DNA of 64,000 bases from Rhodanobacteraceae bacterium. GTDB lineage: Bacteria > Pseudomonadota > Gammaproteobacteria > Xanthomonadales > Rhodanobacteraceae. Position numbers and translations under genes: made by a program. Shown here piece after piece: positions 54,448 through 64,000 of this stretch (within the stretch, counting starts at the first letter, position 1; each line of letters starts with the position of its first letter). The stretch covers positions 15,522-79,521 of the forward strand of contig JBDTBW010000014.1 in NCBI GenBank assembly GCA_039923855.1, written 5' to 3'. Under the pieces are notes generated by a model. The model saw only the letters and a program-made list of their open reading frames with translations. It had not been told where the DNA came from and did no database searches.

Positions 54448-54530
54448 GAAAGTCCTCAGGCCACCGGCACGTCAGGAGGAAAGGCATGACGGTAGCCCCG
54501 CGCGGGCGGGTTTGCAACAAAAGCGCACGT

Positions 54531-55109
54531 TCAGACCGGCACCAGCGTCGCGATTACATGCTCCACATAGGCATCGAACTCATCCTGCGAAAGGCGGGGC
54601 AGATCCAGCGTCAGGTTCAACTGCAGGAATCCGACGTAGGCCGCATAGGCCAGGCGCGCGCGGTTCAACGCCTCAGCGCGCTCCAGACCGCTCTGGCGAT
54701 AGGCAATGCTCAAGAAATCGATGCGCCGCTGCGACACCCGGCTCATCAGTGGGCGTACCTGCGGATGATCCAGCGCCTGCAATAGCGCGGCGTAGATCCG
54801 GTGCGGCTGCACTTCGCGCGCGACCCAGTGGAACAGTTCACGCAGGCGCGCGCGCGGTTTGTCGTGACTGCCGACGCGAGTCATGAGATGCCGCTCGTCG
54901 TGGGCTTCCCAGCGTTCCAGTGCCGCTTCAAGCAGGGACTCGCGGGTGCGGAAATGCCAGTAGAAACTGCCCTTGGTGACGCCCAGCCGGCGCGCCAGCG
55001 CCTCTACCGCCAGCGCATCGACACCTTCCTCGGCGATCATCTCCAGTGCACCGAGTTCCCAATCCTCGGCGGACAGGCGGTTGCGTTCCTTGGTTGGGGC
55101 TGGGGTCAT
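54531..55109 (-). CDS. TetR/AcrR-family transcriptional regulator
   Basis: HTH region GVDALAVEALARRLGVTKGSFYWHFRTRESLL. Start taken at the ATG at 55109 (MTPAPTKERN). Confidence 0.85.
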   Translation of the reverse strand: MTPAPTKERNRLSAEDWELGALEMIAEEGVDALAVEALARRLGVTKGSFYWHFRTRESLLEAALERWEAHDERHLMTRVGSHDKPRARLRELFHWVAREVQPHRIYAALLQALDHPQVRPLMSRVSQRRIDFLSIAYRQSGLERAEALNRARLAYAAYVGFLQLNLTLDLPRLSQDEFDAYVEHVIATLVPV

Positions 55110-55159
55110 GGGGCGATGGTAGCCGCTTCCCGTGGCCATTGACTTGGGTGTGCGACAAG

Positions 55160-55179
55160 ACCATACTTTAGCGTATGGT
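55160..55179. promoter_or_regulatory. Candidate TetR operator palindrome
   Basis: ACCATAC-TTTAGC-GTATGGT lies in the divergent TetR/hydrolase intergenic region and overlaps the hydrolase ATG (55175). Confidence 0.4.
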
Positions 55180-56044
55180 AGCGATTCCGCAAGCGATTTC
55201 TTCATCGTCCACGGTGCGACAGGTGCGCGCGGCCGGCAGCGTGGCGCTGACGGTTGAAATTCGAGGCGAGCCGGAAGCGCCGGCGATCCTGTTCGCGCAT
55301 GGTTTCGGCCAGACCCGTCACGCTTGGACGCGCAGCGCGCAACGCTTGGCCGATGACGGCTGGCAGACGATCACTTTCGATGCCCGCGGGCATGGGACCA
55401 GCGGGCGTGTCGCCGACGGCGGCTATCACCTGCAGCAATTCCTCGACGACTTGCTTGGCGTGGCGCGCGCGCTGCCGCAACCGCCGGTGCTGGTCGGCGC
55501 CTCGATGGGCGGCCTGCTCGGCTTGGCCTTGGCCGGCGAGATCGCGCCGCCGCCATTCCGTGCGTTGGTGCTGGCCGATATCACCCCGCGCTGGGAATCC
55601 GCGGGCGTCGTGCGCATGCTCGGCTTCATGCGCGCGCATCCGGATGGCTTTGCCGGTTTCGACGAAGGATCGAACGCGATCGCCGCCTATCTCCCGCACC
55701 GTTCGCGGCGCAAGAGTGAAGACGAACTCACATCGTTGCTGCGTCGCTGCGACGACGGCCGTTTGCGCTGGCATTGGGATCCGGCATTGCTGGACACCAT
55801 CGCGGCGGAAGCCGAGCGTTATCAGCCGCGTCTGCTGGCCGCCGCGCGCCGCGTCACCATTCCCACGCTGCTGTTATCCGGTGGCCGCAGCGATGTGGTG
55901 TCGCGCGATACTGTTAGCGAATTTCTGGTGTTGCTGCCGCATGCGCGTCACGTCGAACTGCCGCAGGCGACGCACATGCTTGCGGGTGACGCCAACGAGG
56001 CGTTTACCGATGAGATCGGGAAGTTTGTCGTAGCGTTACCATGA
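55175..56044 (+). CDS. Alpha/beta-fold hydrolase
   Basis: ILFAHGFGQT...; nucleophile elbow VGASMGG; C-terminal ...ATHMLAGD (catalytic His region). Confidence 0.85.
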   Translation: MVAIPQAISSSSTVRQVRAAGSVALTVEIRGEPEAPAILFAHGFGQTRHAWTRSAQRLADDGWQTITFDARGHGTSGRVADGGYHLQQFLDDLLGVARALPQPPVLVGASMGGLLGLALAGEIAPPPFRALVLADITPRWESAGVVRMLGFMRAHPDGFAGFDEGSNAIAAYLPHRSRRKSEDELTSLLRRCDDGRLRWHWDPALLDTIAAEAERYQPRLLAAARRVTIPTLLLSGGRSDVVSRDTVSEFLVLLPHARHVELPQATHMLAGDANEAFTDEIGKFVVALP

Positions 56045-56045
56045 G

Positions 56046-56165
56046 TTTTCCCCTCTCCCTTCGGGAGAGGGTGGCGCGAAGCGCCGGGTGAGGGTCCGGC
56101 GACACGCAGCGGTGGCGGGTACCGAACCCTCACCCCAACCCCTCTCCCGGCGGGAGAGGGGCTTA
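56046..56165. repeat. REP-like composite palindromic element
   Basis: CCCCTCTCCCTTCGGGAGAGGGTGGCGCGAAGCGCCGGGTGAGGGTCC ... GAACCCTCACCCCAACCCCTCTCCCGGCGGGAGAGGGG. Same family as 13657-13782. Confidence 0.8.
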
Positions 56166-56182
56166 CTCACCAGAGGTGAAGC

Positions 56183-58657
56183 ATGGCCGTTGTCAGCGTA
56201 TTGATCGCCGCATTTATCGTCACCGCCGCTTGCGCGTATTTCCGCAGCCGGTTGTGGCTGTGGACGTTGCTCGCCGCGGCGGCGATCGTGATCGCCGGCC
56301 TGTTGCTGCGCGTGTGGTTGCCGATGGAGATCGTGCTGGCGGTTTTCGCTATCGTGTTCGCGCTGCCGCTGAATCTGTTGCCGTTGCGGCGCGCCTTGAT
56401 CTCCAAACCCCTGTTGCGCGTGTTCCGCCGTGTGTTGCCAAAATTGTCCGACACCGAACAGACCGCGCTGGATGCGGGCACGGTCGGTTTCGAGGGCGAA
56501 TTGTTCTCCGGCAAACCGGACTGGTCGCAACTGTTGGCGCAACCCAGGCCGCAATTGTCGGCGGAAGAGCAGGCGTTTCTCGACGGCCCCTGCGAGCAGC
56601 TTTGCCGGATGACCGACGACTGGCAGATCACCCATGAATTGGCCGATCTGCCGCCGGAAGTGTGGGATTTCGTCAAGTGTGAGAAGTTCTTCGGCATGAT
56701 CATCCCGAAGCGCTACGGCGGGCTGCAGTTCTCCGCGCTGGCGCACTCGGCGGTGCTGCAAAAACTCTCCAGCATTTCCTCGACCTTGGCGTCGAATGTC
56801 TCGGTGCCCAATTCGCTCGGCCCCGCGGAACTGCTGCTGCATTACGGCAGCGAAGAACAGAAGAATCATTTCCTGCCGCGCTTGGCCGATGGCCGCGAGA
56901 TTCCGTGCTTTGCCTTGACCGGGCCTTACGCGGGATCGGATGCGACGTCGATTCCCGATTACGGCATCGTTTGCAAACAGATGATTGATGGCGTGGAGAC
57001 GCTCGGCATCGCGCTCACCTTCGACAAGCGTTACATCACGCTGGCGCCGGTGGCGACGATCATTGGTCTGGCGTTCCGGATGTACGACCCGCAACACCTG
57101 CTGGGCGGCCAGGACGATCTTGGCATCACCTTGGCGCTGATCTCGCGCGACACGCCGGGGCTGCATATCGGCCGGCGGCATCTGCCGTTGAACGTGCCTT
57201 TCCAGAACGGGCCGCTGCATGGCAAGGATGTGTTCGTGCCGTTGTCGGTGCTGATCGGCGGCGCGCAAATGGCGGGTCAAGGCTGGCGCATGCTGGTCGA
57301 GGTTCTTTCTGTCGGACGCGCGATCTCGCTGCCGTCCAATGCCACCGGCTTCGTGAGGATGGCCGCGGCCGCGACCGGCGCCTACGCGCGTATCCGCAAA
57401 CAATTCGGGTTGGCGATCGGGCGCTTCGAGGGCGTCGAGGACGCGCTCGCGCGCATCGGCGGTTATGCTTACGCGATCGCCGCGTTGTCGCGCGCAACGG
57501 CAGCGGCGGTCGATCGTGGCGAAAAACCCGCGGTGCCATCGGCCATTGCCAAATATCACGCCACCGAACTGGGCCGCGAAGTCGCGCGCGACGCGATGGA
57601 CGTGCACGGTGGCAAGGGCGTGCAGCTCGGGCCGTCCAATTATCTGGGGCGAAGCTGGGAGGGCGCGCCGATCACGATCACGGTGGAAGGCGCCAACATC
57701 ATGACGCGCAGCCTCATGATCTTCGGCCAGGGCGCGATCCGCTGTCATCCGTGGGTGTTGAAGGAAATGCGCGCCGCGCAGGAATCCGATCGGGTCAAAG
57801 CCGTGCGCGAATTCGACATCGCGTTATTCGGGCATCTGGGTTTCGGCATTTCCAACGCGGTCCGCAGTTTGGTGCTTGGGTTGATGTTCTCCAGGATCGG
57901 CCGCGCGCCTGGAGATGCTTACACCCGACGCTATTACCGCAAATTGAACCGCTACGCTGCGGCGCTGGCCTTGGTCGCCGACACCGCGATGGGCGTGCTG
58001 GGCGGCAGGCTCAAGTTCAAGGAGAAATTGTCGGCGCGCCTGGGTGACGTGTTGTCGTATTTGTACATCGCGTCCGCGATGTTGAAACGTTACGAGGACG
58101 AAGGCCGTCCGGAAGCCGAACGCCCGTTGTTGGCGTGGGCGTTCCACGACAGCGTGTGGCGGATGCAGATGGCGCTGGACGGTGTCATCCGCAATTTCCC
58201 GGTGCGGCCGGTCGCATGGCTGTTGCGCGTTCTGGTGTTTCCGTTCGGCCGCCGCGAAGTGCCACCGTCGGATCGCCTCGGCCGCCGCGTTGCGGCAACG
58301 CTGACCGCGCCGAACGCCGCGCGCGACGCGCTGGTGCACGGCATTTATCTCACGCCCGCGGGCAACAATCCGGTCGGACGGATGCACGCGCTGCTGCCGG
58401 AAGTGGTTGCCGCAGAGCCCGTCGAGCGCAAATTCCTCAAGGTTCTGAAAACCGGCCAGATCACCGCGCACGATTATTTCGAGCAGTTACTCGAAGCAGA
58501 AACACTCGGCGCGATCAACGCAATCGAACGAGCGCAACTGGAGCGGTTGCGCCGCGCAACCGCGGAGTTCATCGCGGTGGACGATTTCGATTCGAAGGAA
58601 CTGGAAGCGGCGGTCAAACGCGAATCGACGCCGGCGTCATTGCGTTCGGTGGCTTAG
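56183..58657 (+). CDS. fadE: Large acyl-CoA dehydrogenase (FadE type)
   Basis: 824 aa with N-terminal TM helices. Its length and motifs (GMIIPKRYGGLQFS..., TGPYAGSDA..., EGANIMTRSLMIFGQGAIRCHP) match E. coli-type FadE. Confidence 0.9.
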   Translation: MAVVSVLIAAFIVTAACAYFRSRLWLWTLLAAAAIVIAGLLLRVWLPMEIVLAVFAIVFALPLNLLPLRRALISKPLLRVFRRVLPKLSDTEQTALDAGTVGFEGELFSGKPDWSQLLAQPRPQLSAEEQAFLDGPCEQLCRMTDDWQITHELADLPPEVWDFVKCEKFFGMIIPKRYGGLQFSALAHSAVLQKLSSISSTLASNVSVPNSLGPAELLLHYGSEEQKNHFLPRLADGREIPCFALTGPYAGSDATSIPDYGIVCKQMIDGVETLGIALTFDKRYITLAPVATIIGLAFRMYDPQHLLGGQDDLGITLALISRDTPGLHIGRRHLPLNVPFQNGPLHGKDVFVPLSVLIGGAQMAGQGWRMLVEVLSVGRAISLPSNATGFVRMAAAATGAYARIRKQFGLAIGRFEGVEDALARIGGYAYAIAALSRATAAAVDRGEKPAVPSAIAKYHATELGREVARDAMDVHGGKGVQLGPSNYLGRSWEGAPITITVEGANIMTRSLMIFGQGAIRCHPWVLKEMRAAQESDRVKAVREFDIALFGHLGFGISNAVRSLVLGLMFSRIGRAPGDAYTRRYYRKLNRYAAALALVADTAMGVLGGRLKFKEKLSARLGDVLSYLYIASAMLKRYEDEGRPEAERPLLAWAFHDSVWRMQMALDGVIRNFPVRPVAWLLRVLVFPFGRREVPPSDRLGRRVAATLTAPNAARDALVHGIYLTPAGNNPVGRMHALLPEVVAAEPVERKFLKVLKTGQITAHDYFEQLLEAETLGAINAIERAQLERLRRATAEFIAVDDFDSKELEAAVKRESTPASLRSVA

Positions 58658-58684
58658 CCCTTCCTTGGGATCAGGAGGTGAAGC

Positions 58685-59062
58685 ATGCGCAGCGAAATCC
58701 TGGTTTACCTGTGTGGCTTGCATAGTCTTGGCTTTGCCTTTTTCCATGCGGGATTTTGGAAACTATTCGATTGGCCTGGCGCGTTACGGCAGACCAATGT
58801 AGCGACGCGCGCGGTCACGCAAATTCTCAATTTGCGGATGATATACGTGTTCCTCGGTGTTGCCGCCTTATGTTTTCTGTTACCCGGTGAGCTGCTTGGC
58901 ACACGATTGGGTCGCGTTATTCTTGGCGGCATGTCGCTGTTCTGGGTCGGCCGCACGATCGAGCAGTTCGTATTTCTGCGGATCAATCGACCTATGGTGC
59001 ACACACTGACTGCATTATTCGTCATTGGCGCATTGCTGTTCGCGCTGCCGCTGTTCGGCTGA
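58685..59062 (+). CDS. Small hypothetical 4-TM membrane protein
   Basis: 125 aa, hydrophobic. A strong SD (AGGAGGTGAAGC) precedes the ATG, and the gene is 27 nt downstream of fadE. Confidence 0.6.
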   Translation: MRSEILVYLCGLHSLGFAFFHAGFWKLFDWPGALRQTNVATRAVTQILNLRMIYVFLGVAALCFLLPGELLGTRLGRVILGGMSLFWVGRTIEQFVFLRINRPMVHTLTALFVIGALLFALPLFG

Positions 59063-59103
59063 TGCCGTGATGCTGACGGTCGGGTCGGATGTCCTCGCCG
59101 TGC

Positions 59104-60213
59104 TCAGTACACCACCACGCTGCGGATCGACTCGCCCGCGTGCATCAATTCGAAGCCGCGGTTGATGTCGGCGAGTTCCAGCGTATGCGTGATCAGCGGA
59201 TCGATTTCGATCTTGCCCTCCATGTACCAGTCCACGATCTTCGGCACATCGGTGCGTCCGCGCGCGCCGCCGAAGGCGCTGCCTTTCCAGACGCGCCCCG
59301 TGACGAGCTGGAACGGCCGCGTGGAAATCTCCTGGCCGGCGCCGGCGACGCCGATGATCACCGACACGCCCCAGCCCTTATGGCAGCACTCCAGCGCCTG
59401 GCGCATGGTCTTGACATTGCCGATGCATTCGAACGAATAGTCGGCGCCGCCGCGGGTCAATGACACCAGATACTTCACCAGGTCCTCGCCGGCCTCGTTG
59501 GGGTTGACGAAGTGGGTCATGCCGAAGCGTTCGGCCAACACTTTGCGTGCCGGATTGATGTCGACACCGACGATCATGATTGCACCGGCCAGCCGCGCGC
59601 CCTGGATCACGTTCAAGCCGATGCCGCCGAGTCCGAACACGACCACTTTGGAACCGGGCTCGACTTTTGCGGTATTGATCACCGCGCCCACGCCGGTGGT
59701 GACGCCGCAGCCGATGTAGCAGACCTTGTCGAACGGTGCGTCCTCGCGGATCTTCGCCAGCGCGATTTCCGTCAGCACGGTGCATTGCGCGAAGGTCGAG
59801 GTACCCATGTAGTGATGCAGCGGTTTGCCGTCCAGCGAAAACCGGCTGCTGCCGTCGGGCATCACGCCTTTGCCTTGCGTCTCGCGGATCGCCTGGCACA
59901 GATTGGTCTTAGGGTTGAGGCAGTATTCGCACTCGCGGCATTCCGGTGTGTACAGCGGAATGACGTGATCGCCGCGGCGCACCGATTTCACCCCGGCGCC
60001 GACTTCGACCACGATGCCCGCGCCCTCATGGCCCAGAATCGCCGGAAACAGCCCTTCCGGATCATCGCCCGACAAGGTGTAGGCGTCGGTGTGACAGATG
60101 CCGGTGGCTTTCAGCTCGACCAGTACTTCGCCCGCGCGCGGGTCTTCGAGATCCACGGTCTCGATGCGCAGCGGCGCCCCAGCATGGTGCGCGACGGCTG
60201 CTTTGACTTTCAT
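59104..60213 (-). CDS. frmA: S-(hydroxymethyl)glutathione dehydrogenase / class III alcohol dehydrogenase
   Basis: [68 protein letters not shown]... is canonical. Start at the ATG at 60213; the ORF-track extension to 60444 overlaps prfC. Confidence 0.95.
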   Translation of the reverse strand: MKVKAAVAHHAGAPLRIETVDLEDPRAGEVLVELKATGICHTDAYTLSGDDPEGLFPAILGHEGAGIVVEVGAGVKSVRRGDHVIPLYTPECRECEYCLNPKTNLCQAIRETQGKGVMPDGSSRFSLDGKPLHHYMGTSTFAQCTVLTEIALAKIREDAPFDKVCYIGCGVTTGVGAVINTAKVEPGSKVVVFGLGGIGLNVIQGARLAGAIMIVGVDINPARKVLAERFGMTHFVNPNEAGEDLVKYLVSLTRGGADYSFECIGNVKTMRQALECCHKGWGVSVIIGVAGAGQEISTRPFQLVTGRVWKGSAFGGARGRTDVPKIVDWYMEGKIEIDPLITHTLELADINRGFELMHAGESIRSVVVY

Positions 60214-60262
60214 CCGATGCCCTCGCCAGGTTCGAGCAAACGTCGAGTGTAATGCCGCGCGC

Positions 60263-61870
60263 TTAGCCGGGCGTCGCCACCGCGCCGGCGTGCTCGCGCG
60301 TGGCCGCGAACGACACCTTGGGCCAACGTTCCTGCGCCAGTTGCAGATTGACGCGGGTAGGCGCGAGGTAAACCAGTTCGCCGGCCGCGTCCAGCGCCAG
60401 ATTCGACGCGTTGCGCTCGCGGAATTCCGCCAGCATTTTCGCATCCTCGCAATGGATCCAGCGCGCGGTGGCGACGGCTACGTTCTCGAATCCGCAGTCG
60501 ACGCCGTATTCGTCCTTCAGCCGGTACGCAACCACCTCGAATTGCAGCACGCCGACCGCGCCGAGGATCAAATCGTTCGACATCAGCGGTCGGAAGAACT
60601 GGGTGGCGCCTTCTTCGGATAATTGCGCAAGGCCTTTTTGCAGTGCCTTCATCTTCAGCGGATCGCGCAGTCGCGCGCGACGAAACAGTTCCGGCGCGAA
60701 GTTGGGAATGCCGGTGAAGAACAGCGCCTCGCCTTCGGTGAATGCGTCGCCGATCGAAATGGTGCCGTGGTTATGCAGCCCGATCACATCGCCGGGGTAG
60801 GCCGCGTCCACGATCTCGCGGTCGGATGCCATGAAGGTCAAGGCATTGGCGAGTTTGGTCTCCTTGCCGGTGCGCACCTGCAGCGCTTTCATGCCACTGC
60901 GGTAATTGCCCGAGCAGATGCGCAGGAACGCGACGCGGTCGCGGTGCTGCGGATCCATATTGGCCTGGATCTTGAACACGAAACCGGCGAGTTTGTCCTC
61001 GTCGGGTGTCACCTCGCGCGTGCTGGTCGCGCGCGGTTTCGGCGATGGCGCGTGTTCGACGAAAAAATCCAGCAGCGGCTGCACGCCGAAATTGTTGACC
61101 GCCGAGCCGAAGAACACTGGCGTCTGTTTGCCGGCGAGATAGGCCTGTGCGTCGAACGGGTGCGAGGCGCCGCGCACCAGTTCCAGTTCCCCGCGCAGTT
61201 CGTCGAAGGCTTGCACGCCGATCCGCTCGTGCAATTGGGGATCGTCGAGACCTTTGAAAATCGTTGAGTCCTGCCGGGTGAAATTGCGGCCCGGCGTGTA
61301 AAGGTGCACTTCGTCGTCGAGCAGGTGGTAAACGCCACGCAAGCGCTGGCCCATGCCGAGCGGCCATGTGACCGGCGCGCACTGAATCTTGAGCACCGAC
61401 TCCACTTCGTCCAGCAGATCGATCGGCGCGTGGCCTTCGCGGTCTAGCTTGTTGATGAAGGTCATGATCGGCGTGTCGCGCAACCGGCACACGTCCATCA
61501 GCTTGATGGTGCGTTCCTCCACGCCCTTGGCGCAGTCGATCACCATCAGCGCGGAATCGACCGCGGTCAGTACGCGGTAGGTGTCCTCGGAAAAATCCGC
61601 GTGGCCGGGGGTGTCGAGCAGGTTGACGATGCGGCCTTCGTAAGGAAACTGCATCACCGAGCTGGTGACGGAAATCCCGCGCTCCTTTTCCAGCGCCATC
61701 CAGTCGGAGGTCGCATGACGTGCGGCCTTGCGCGACTTCACCGAGCCCGCCATCTGGATCGCGCCGCCGAACAGCAACAGCTTCTCGGTCAGCGTGGTCT
61801 TGCCGGCATCCGGATGCGAAATGATCGCGAAGGTGCGCCGGCGCGCGGTTTCGGTTTGATGGTTCGCCAT
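60263..61870 (-). CDS. prfC: Peptide chain release factor 3
   Basis: [43 protein letters not shown]-domain from the ATG at 61870. The upstream ORF-track extension overlaps the neighbouring gene. Confidence 0.95.
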   Translation of the reverse strand: MANHQTETARRRTFAIISHPDAGKTTLTEKLLLFGGAIQMAGSVKSRKAARHATSDWMALEKERGISVTSSVMQFPYEGRIVNLLDTPGHADFSEDTYRVLTAVDSALMVIDCAKGVEERTIKLMDVCRLRDTPIMTFINKLDREGHAPIDLLDEVESVLKIQCAPVTWPLGMGQRLRGVYHLLDDEVHLYTPGRNFTRQDSTIFKGLDDPQLHERIGVQAFDELRGELELVRGASHPFDAQAYLAGKQTPVFFGSAVNNFGVQPLLDFFVEHAPSPKPRATSTREVTPDEDKLAGFVFKIQANMDPQHRDRVAFLRICSGNYRSGMKALQVRTGKETKLANALTFMASDREIVDAAYPGDVIGLHNHGTISIGDAFTEGEALFFTGIPNFAPELFRRARLRDPLKMKALQKGLAQLSEEGATQFFRPLMSNDLILGAVGVLQFEVVAYRLKDEYGVDCGFENVAVATARWIHCEDAKMLAEFRERNASNLALDAAGELVYLAPTRVNLQLAQERWPKVSFAATREHAGAVATPG

Positions 61871-61950
61871 GAATAAGCACCGATTGGCAAGCATACTGGC
61901 AACAAACCGGTCATTATAGAGCGTAGGTGAGGTTGCCAGCGGCGTTGCGG

Positions 61951-63087
61951 TCAAGCCGGCGCGCTGGCCTCGATAAATAGTGAATAGTGCGCATCGCCAT
62001 GCCTGGCGCTGGCGGAATGACTGGCGCGATCCACTCGAAGTTCGGGAACGGCGCTGGCGTCGAAGTCCGAGCGCACGATATCGACGAATCCAGCGCGGCC
62101 CAGGGTCGCCGACAGGGTTTCGTAGTCGTAACCGAATTTGTGGCTCATCAACAACCACGCCGGGTGCGGCCCGGCGCCAGCGTAGGCAAGGAAATGTTCG
62201 ATGCGCGTGGTCAGTGCGATATCGCCGCCCCAATTGGGCACGCGTCCCGCGAACCAGTCTAGATCGTTGCGAACATAAGCATCGATCGCCTGCCCGATAT
62301 CGGGGACCACGATGCGGAGGCGGCCACGGGGTGTCAGCACCCGCCGCAATTCACCGATGAAGTTATCGACTTCGCCCGGGTACCAGAGATGTTCGAGAAA
62401 ATGCGCGAGATAAATGAAATCCGTGCTGCCATCCGCGAAAGGAAGCCCCCACAACAGATTGAGCGCCAGCGGAGACGGATGACGGTCGATATTGATCCAG
62501 CCAGGCAAGTGCTGATCGCCGCAACCGATATGCAATTTCAATCCCCGGCTTTGCCGATCCAGTCCGAGCTTCGTCAGTTGACCGCGCAGATATTCCGCGC
62601 GTTGTGATGCCAGTTCCCAGCGGATGGCGTTCAACGCCGCGCGCAGGTTGTCCAATCGGTCCTCGATGGCGACCCCGGTCGTGTCCAGAGCCTCCAGCAC
62701 AGTTGCACCCATGCCATTCAGATCGCCGGCAAGCGCGTAAACATCCTGGGCCAGTGCCTTCAGCGCGTTGTTTGCGTGTTCGATGCGACGATCGGCATCT
62801 GTCGGCTTTTCATTCCCGGCCGCAATCAGCACGCCGTGCAGGAGCAAATGCCGCAGCAATGCTTCGGCTTGCGCGCGCTCGCCCGATGGCAAATCGGCAA
62901 GGACGTTCGCCACGTTCCGGGTCTTGGCGAAGTCCAGCAACCAGGCAAGCAAGCTTGAATTATCTGTATGCAAAGCAACGAGGCTTTCTCCGGTCTGCAT
63001 GAATATGCGACCCCCACGTGCGCGTATCGTGGCGTCAGGCGCGAGCATCAGCGCTGCGGGGAGCGGCGTGGAGCTTTGCGTATTCAT
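61951..63087 (-). CDS. Class I SAM-dependent methyltransferase domain protein with an unassigned N-terminal domain
   Basis: [19 protein letters not shown]...[12 protein letters not shown]...[16 protein letters not shown] (Methyltransf_11/23-like). Start probably at the ATG at 63087 (MNTQSS); the ORF runs to 63183. Confidence 0.7.
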   Translation of the reverse strand: MNTQSSTPLPAALMLAPDATIRARGGRIFMQTGESLVALHTDNSSLLAWLLDFAKTRNVANVLADLPSGERAQAEALLRHLLLHGVLIAAGNEKPTDADRRIEHANNALKALAQDVYALAGDLNGMGATVLEALDTTGVAIEDRLDNLRAALNAIRWELASQRAEYLRGQLTKLGLDRQSRGLKLHIGCGDQHLPGWINIDRHPSPLALNLLWGLPFADGSTDFIYLAHFLEHLWYPGEVDNFIGELRRVLTPRGRLRIVVPDIGQAIDAYVRNDLDWFAGRVPNWGGDIALTTRIEHFLAYAGAGPHPAWLLMSHKFGYDYETLSATLGRAGFVDIVRSDFDASAVPELRVDRASHSASARHGDAHYSLFIEASAPA

Positions 63088-63216
63088 TCTCCGAGGCAGT
63101 CTATCGCGGTTACGGACTCTGGATGCTGCGCGGGAAGAATGTCGCCGGACGAGGATCATGCCGGGACGGTTTGTGGTTGGCATTTTCGCTTGCTGCTCGT
63201 GGCTACTTAAATGTCT

Positions 63217-63240
63217 GGGCGTATAGACGTCTAAACGTCT
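63217..63240. promoter_or_regulatory. Tandem MetJ operator (met boxes) upstream of metB
   Basis: Three in-phase 8-mers: GGGCGTAT (5/8), AGACGTCT (8/8), AAACGTCT (7/8), scored against the AGACGTCT consensus. They end 1 nt before the putative -35. Confidence 0.65.
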
Positions 63241-63241
63241 A

Positions 63242-63270
63242 TTGACGTATAAACTGAAGCGCGCTAGAGT
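63242..63270 (+). promoter_or_regulatory. Candidate sigma70 promoter of metB
   Basis: TTGACG, 17-nt spacer, TAGAGT. The predicted start site is a few nt before the riboswitch P1 helix. Confidence 0.5.
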
Positions 63271-63281
63271 GTGTCCAACAA

Positions 63282-63400
63282 CCCATCATGACCGGCTGAG
63301 GGACAGGCCCTTTGAAGCCGGGGCAACCCGCGCGGAATCGCCCGCGCAAGGTGCCAAGTCCTGCGGAGATCCGGTTCAGGGCCGGATCGCCGGGAGATGG
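63282..63400 (+). promoter_or_regulatory. SAM-I (S-box) riboswitch in the metB leader
   Basis: CCATCATGACCGGCTGAGGGACAGGCCCTTTGAAGCCGGGGCAACC[P3 hairpin CGCGCGG-AATC-GCCCGCGC]AAGGTGCCAAGTCCTGC...GAGATGG matches the S-box core (ATCA.GA..GG..GAGGGA..GGCCC..TGAA.CC..GCAACC...GGTGC.AA.TCC...AGATG). P1 pairs CCATC with GATGG. Confidence 0.8.
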
Positions 63401-63497
63401 TTCGAAGCGTGGGCGCGCGGGCACTCCTCCCTTCGCGCGTCCGCGCCGAGACCTCCGACCGCCGCATGGACGCCGATGCCACGGGCCGGAGATCGCG

Positions 63498-64000
63498 ATG
63501 AGCCTCGACATACATTTCGCCAAATCCACGCCACGTGCATCGTGTACCCGCGCGGTGCGTGCGGGTATCGAAACCGACACCCAGCACGGCGCGGTGGTGC
63601 CGCCGCTACACCTTTCCAGCAATTTTGCCTTCGCCGGCTTCAATGGGAAGCGCAATTACGACTACACCCGCAGCGGCAATCCGACCCGCGATTTACTCGC
63701 CGATGCCTTGTGCGAACTGGAAGGCGGCGCCGGCGCGGTGGTGACGGGGAGCGGCATGGCGGCTGTCGCGCTGGTACTGGAATTGGTGCCGCCCGATGCC
63801 ACGATCGTCGTCGCGCACGATTGCTACGGTGGCACCTGGCGATTGCTGGATGCGTGGGCGAAGAAGGGGCGTTTCAAGGCGTTGTTCGTCGATCTCACCG
63901 ATACGCGCGCATTGGCCACGGCATTGGCGCAAAGGCCGGCGCTGGTGTGGGTGGAAACGCCCTCCAATCCGCTGCTGCGGATCACCGATATCCGCCACGT
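63498..64000 (+). CDS. metB: Cystathionine gamma-synthase / O-succinylhomoserine (thiol)-lyase family, 5' part (runs off the window)
   Basis: Own translation from the ATG at 63498: MSLDIHFAKSTPRASCTRAVRAGIETDTQHGAVVPPLHLSSNFAFAGFNGKRNYDYTRSGNPTRDLLADALCELEGGAGAVVTGSGMAAV...HDCYGGTWRLL...ETPSNPLLRITDI. It is collinear with E. coli MetB. GGAGA SD lies 6 nt upstream. Confidence 0.9.
   Translation, partial: MSLDIHFAKSTPRASCTRAVRAGIETDTQHGAVVPPLHLSSNFAFAGFNGKRNYDYTRSGNPTRDLLADALCELEGGAGAVVTGSGMAAVALVLELVPPDATIVVAHDCYGGTWRLLDAWAKKGRFKALFVDLTDTRALATALAQRPALVWVETPSNPLLRITDIRH

Noticed and set aside
63535-63744. ORF-track ORF 63535..63744 + and the minus-strand ORFs 63239..63655 and 63693..63998.
   Set aside because: They are out of frame with, or antisense to, the clearly MetB-like reading frame that starts at 63498, and to the riboswitch.

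Overview
Visibly GC-rich bacterial chromosome segment. Gene content and repeat style look like a Xanthomonadales/Lysobacterales-type gammaproteobacterium; this is inference, no search was run. I support about 55 protein genes, no rRNA or tRNA, and no CRISPR. Order of content: (1) 1-6.3 kb, a minus-strand operon for a polyprenyl-phosphate-linked amino-sugar (WecE-like aminotransferase, SAM methyltransferase, small ArnE/F-like membrane protein, GNAT, ArnC-like GT2) whose first gene is an acetoacetyl-CoA synthetase joined by an ATGA overlap. (2) A secreted metzincin with an FG-GAP propeller, then a lower-GC glyco-island (FkbM methyltransferase, GT4, UPF0104). (3) vapBC, etfBA, and a parDE-coupled ATP-grasp/ICMT/ATP-grasp block next to ETF-QO. 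(4) An amidase, an Mla-like lipid ABC system, and gcvT-gcvH. (5) A MetJ-core protein fused to a histone-H1-like Lys/Ala tail. (6) A TonB-C lipoprotein / serine hydrolase / LemA / M48 cassette bracketed by ~160-bp inverted repeats. (7) A CBS protein, mtgA, and a GAF-GGDEF-EAL protein. (8) A TonB-dependent receptor followed by seven tightly packed genes: TPR-fused sulfotransferases (x3) and 2OG/Fe(II)-type hydroxylase folds (x4, one with degenerate catalytic residues). (9) Housekeeping genes pckG, TetR plus hydrolase, fadE, frmA, prfC. (10) A metB 5' region with tandem met boxes abutting a promoter, followed by a SAM-I riboswitch. The strongest candidates for undescribed biology are the receptor-linked sulfotransferase/hydroxylase battery and the MetJ-H1 fusion with apparent dual (MetJ plus S-box) control of metB. 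A GC-rich REP-like palindromic family (GGGAGAGGG / CCCCCAGCGGGGGAAGG types) recurs in intergenic gaps and once inside a CDS. All calls come from reading the ORF translations and the DNA; no database search was possible.
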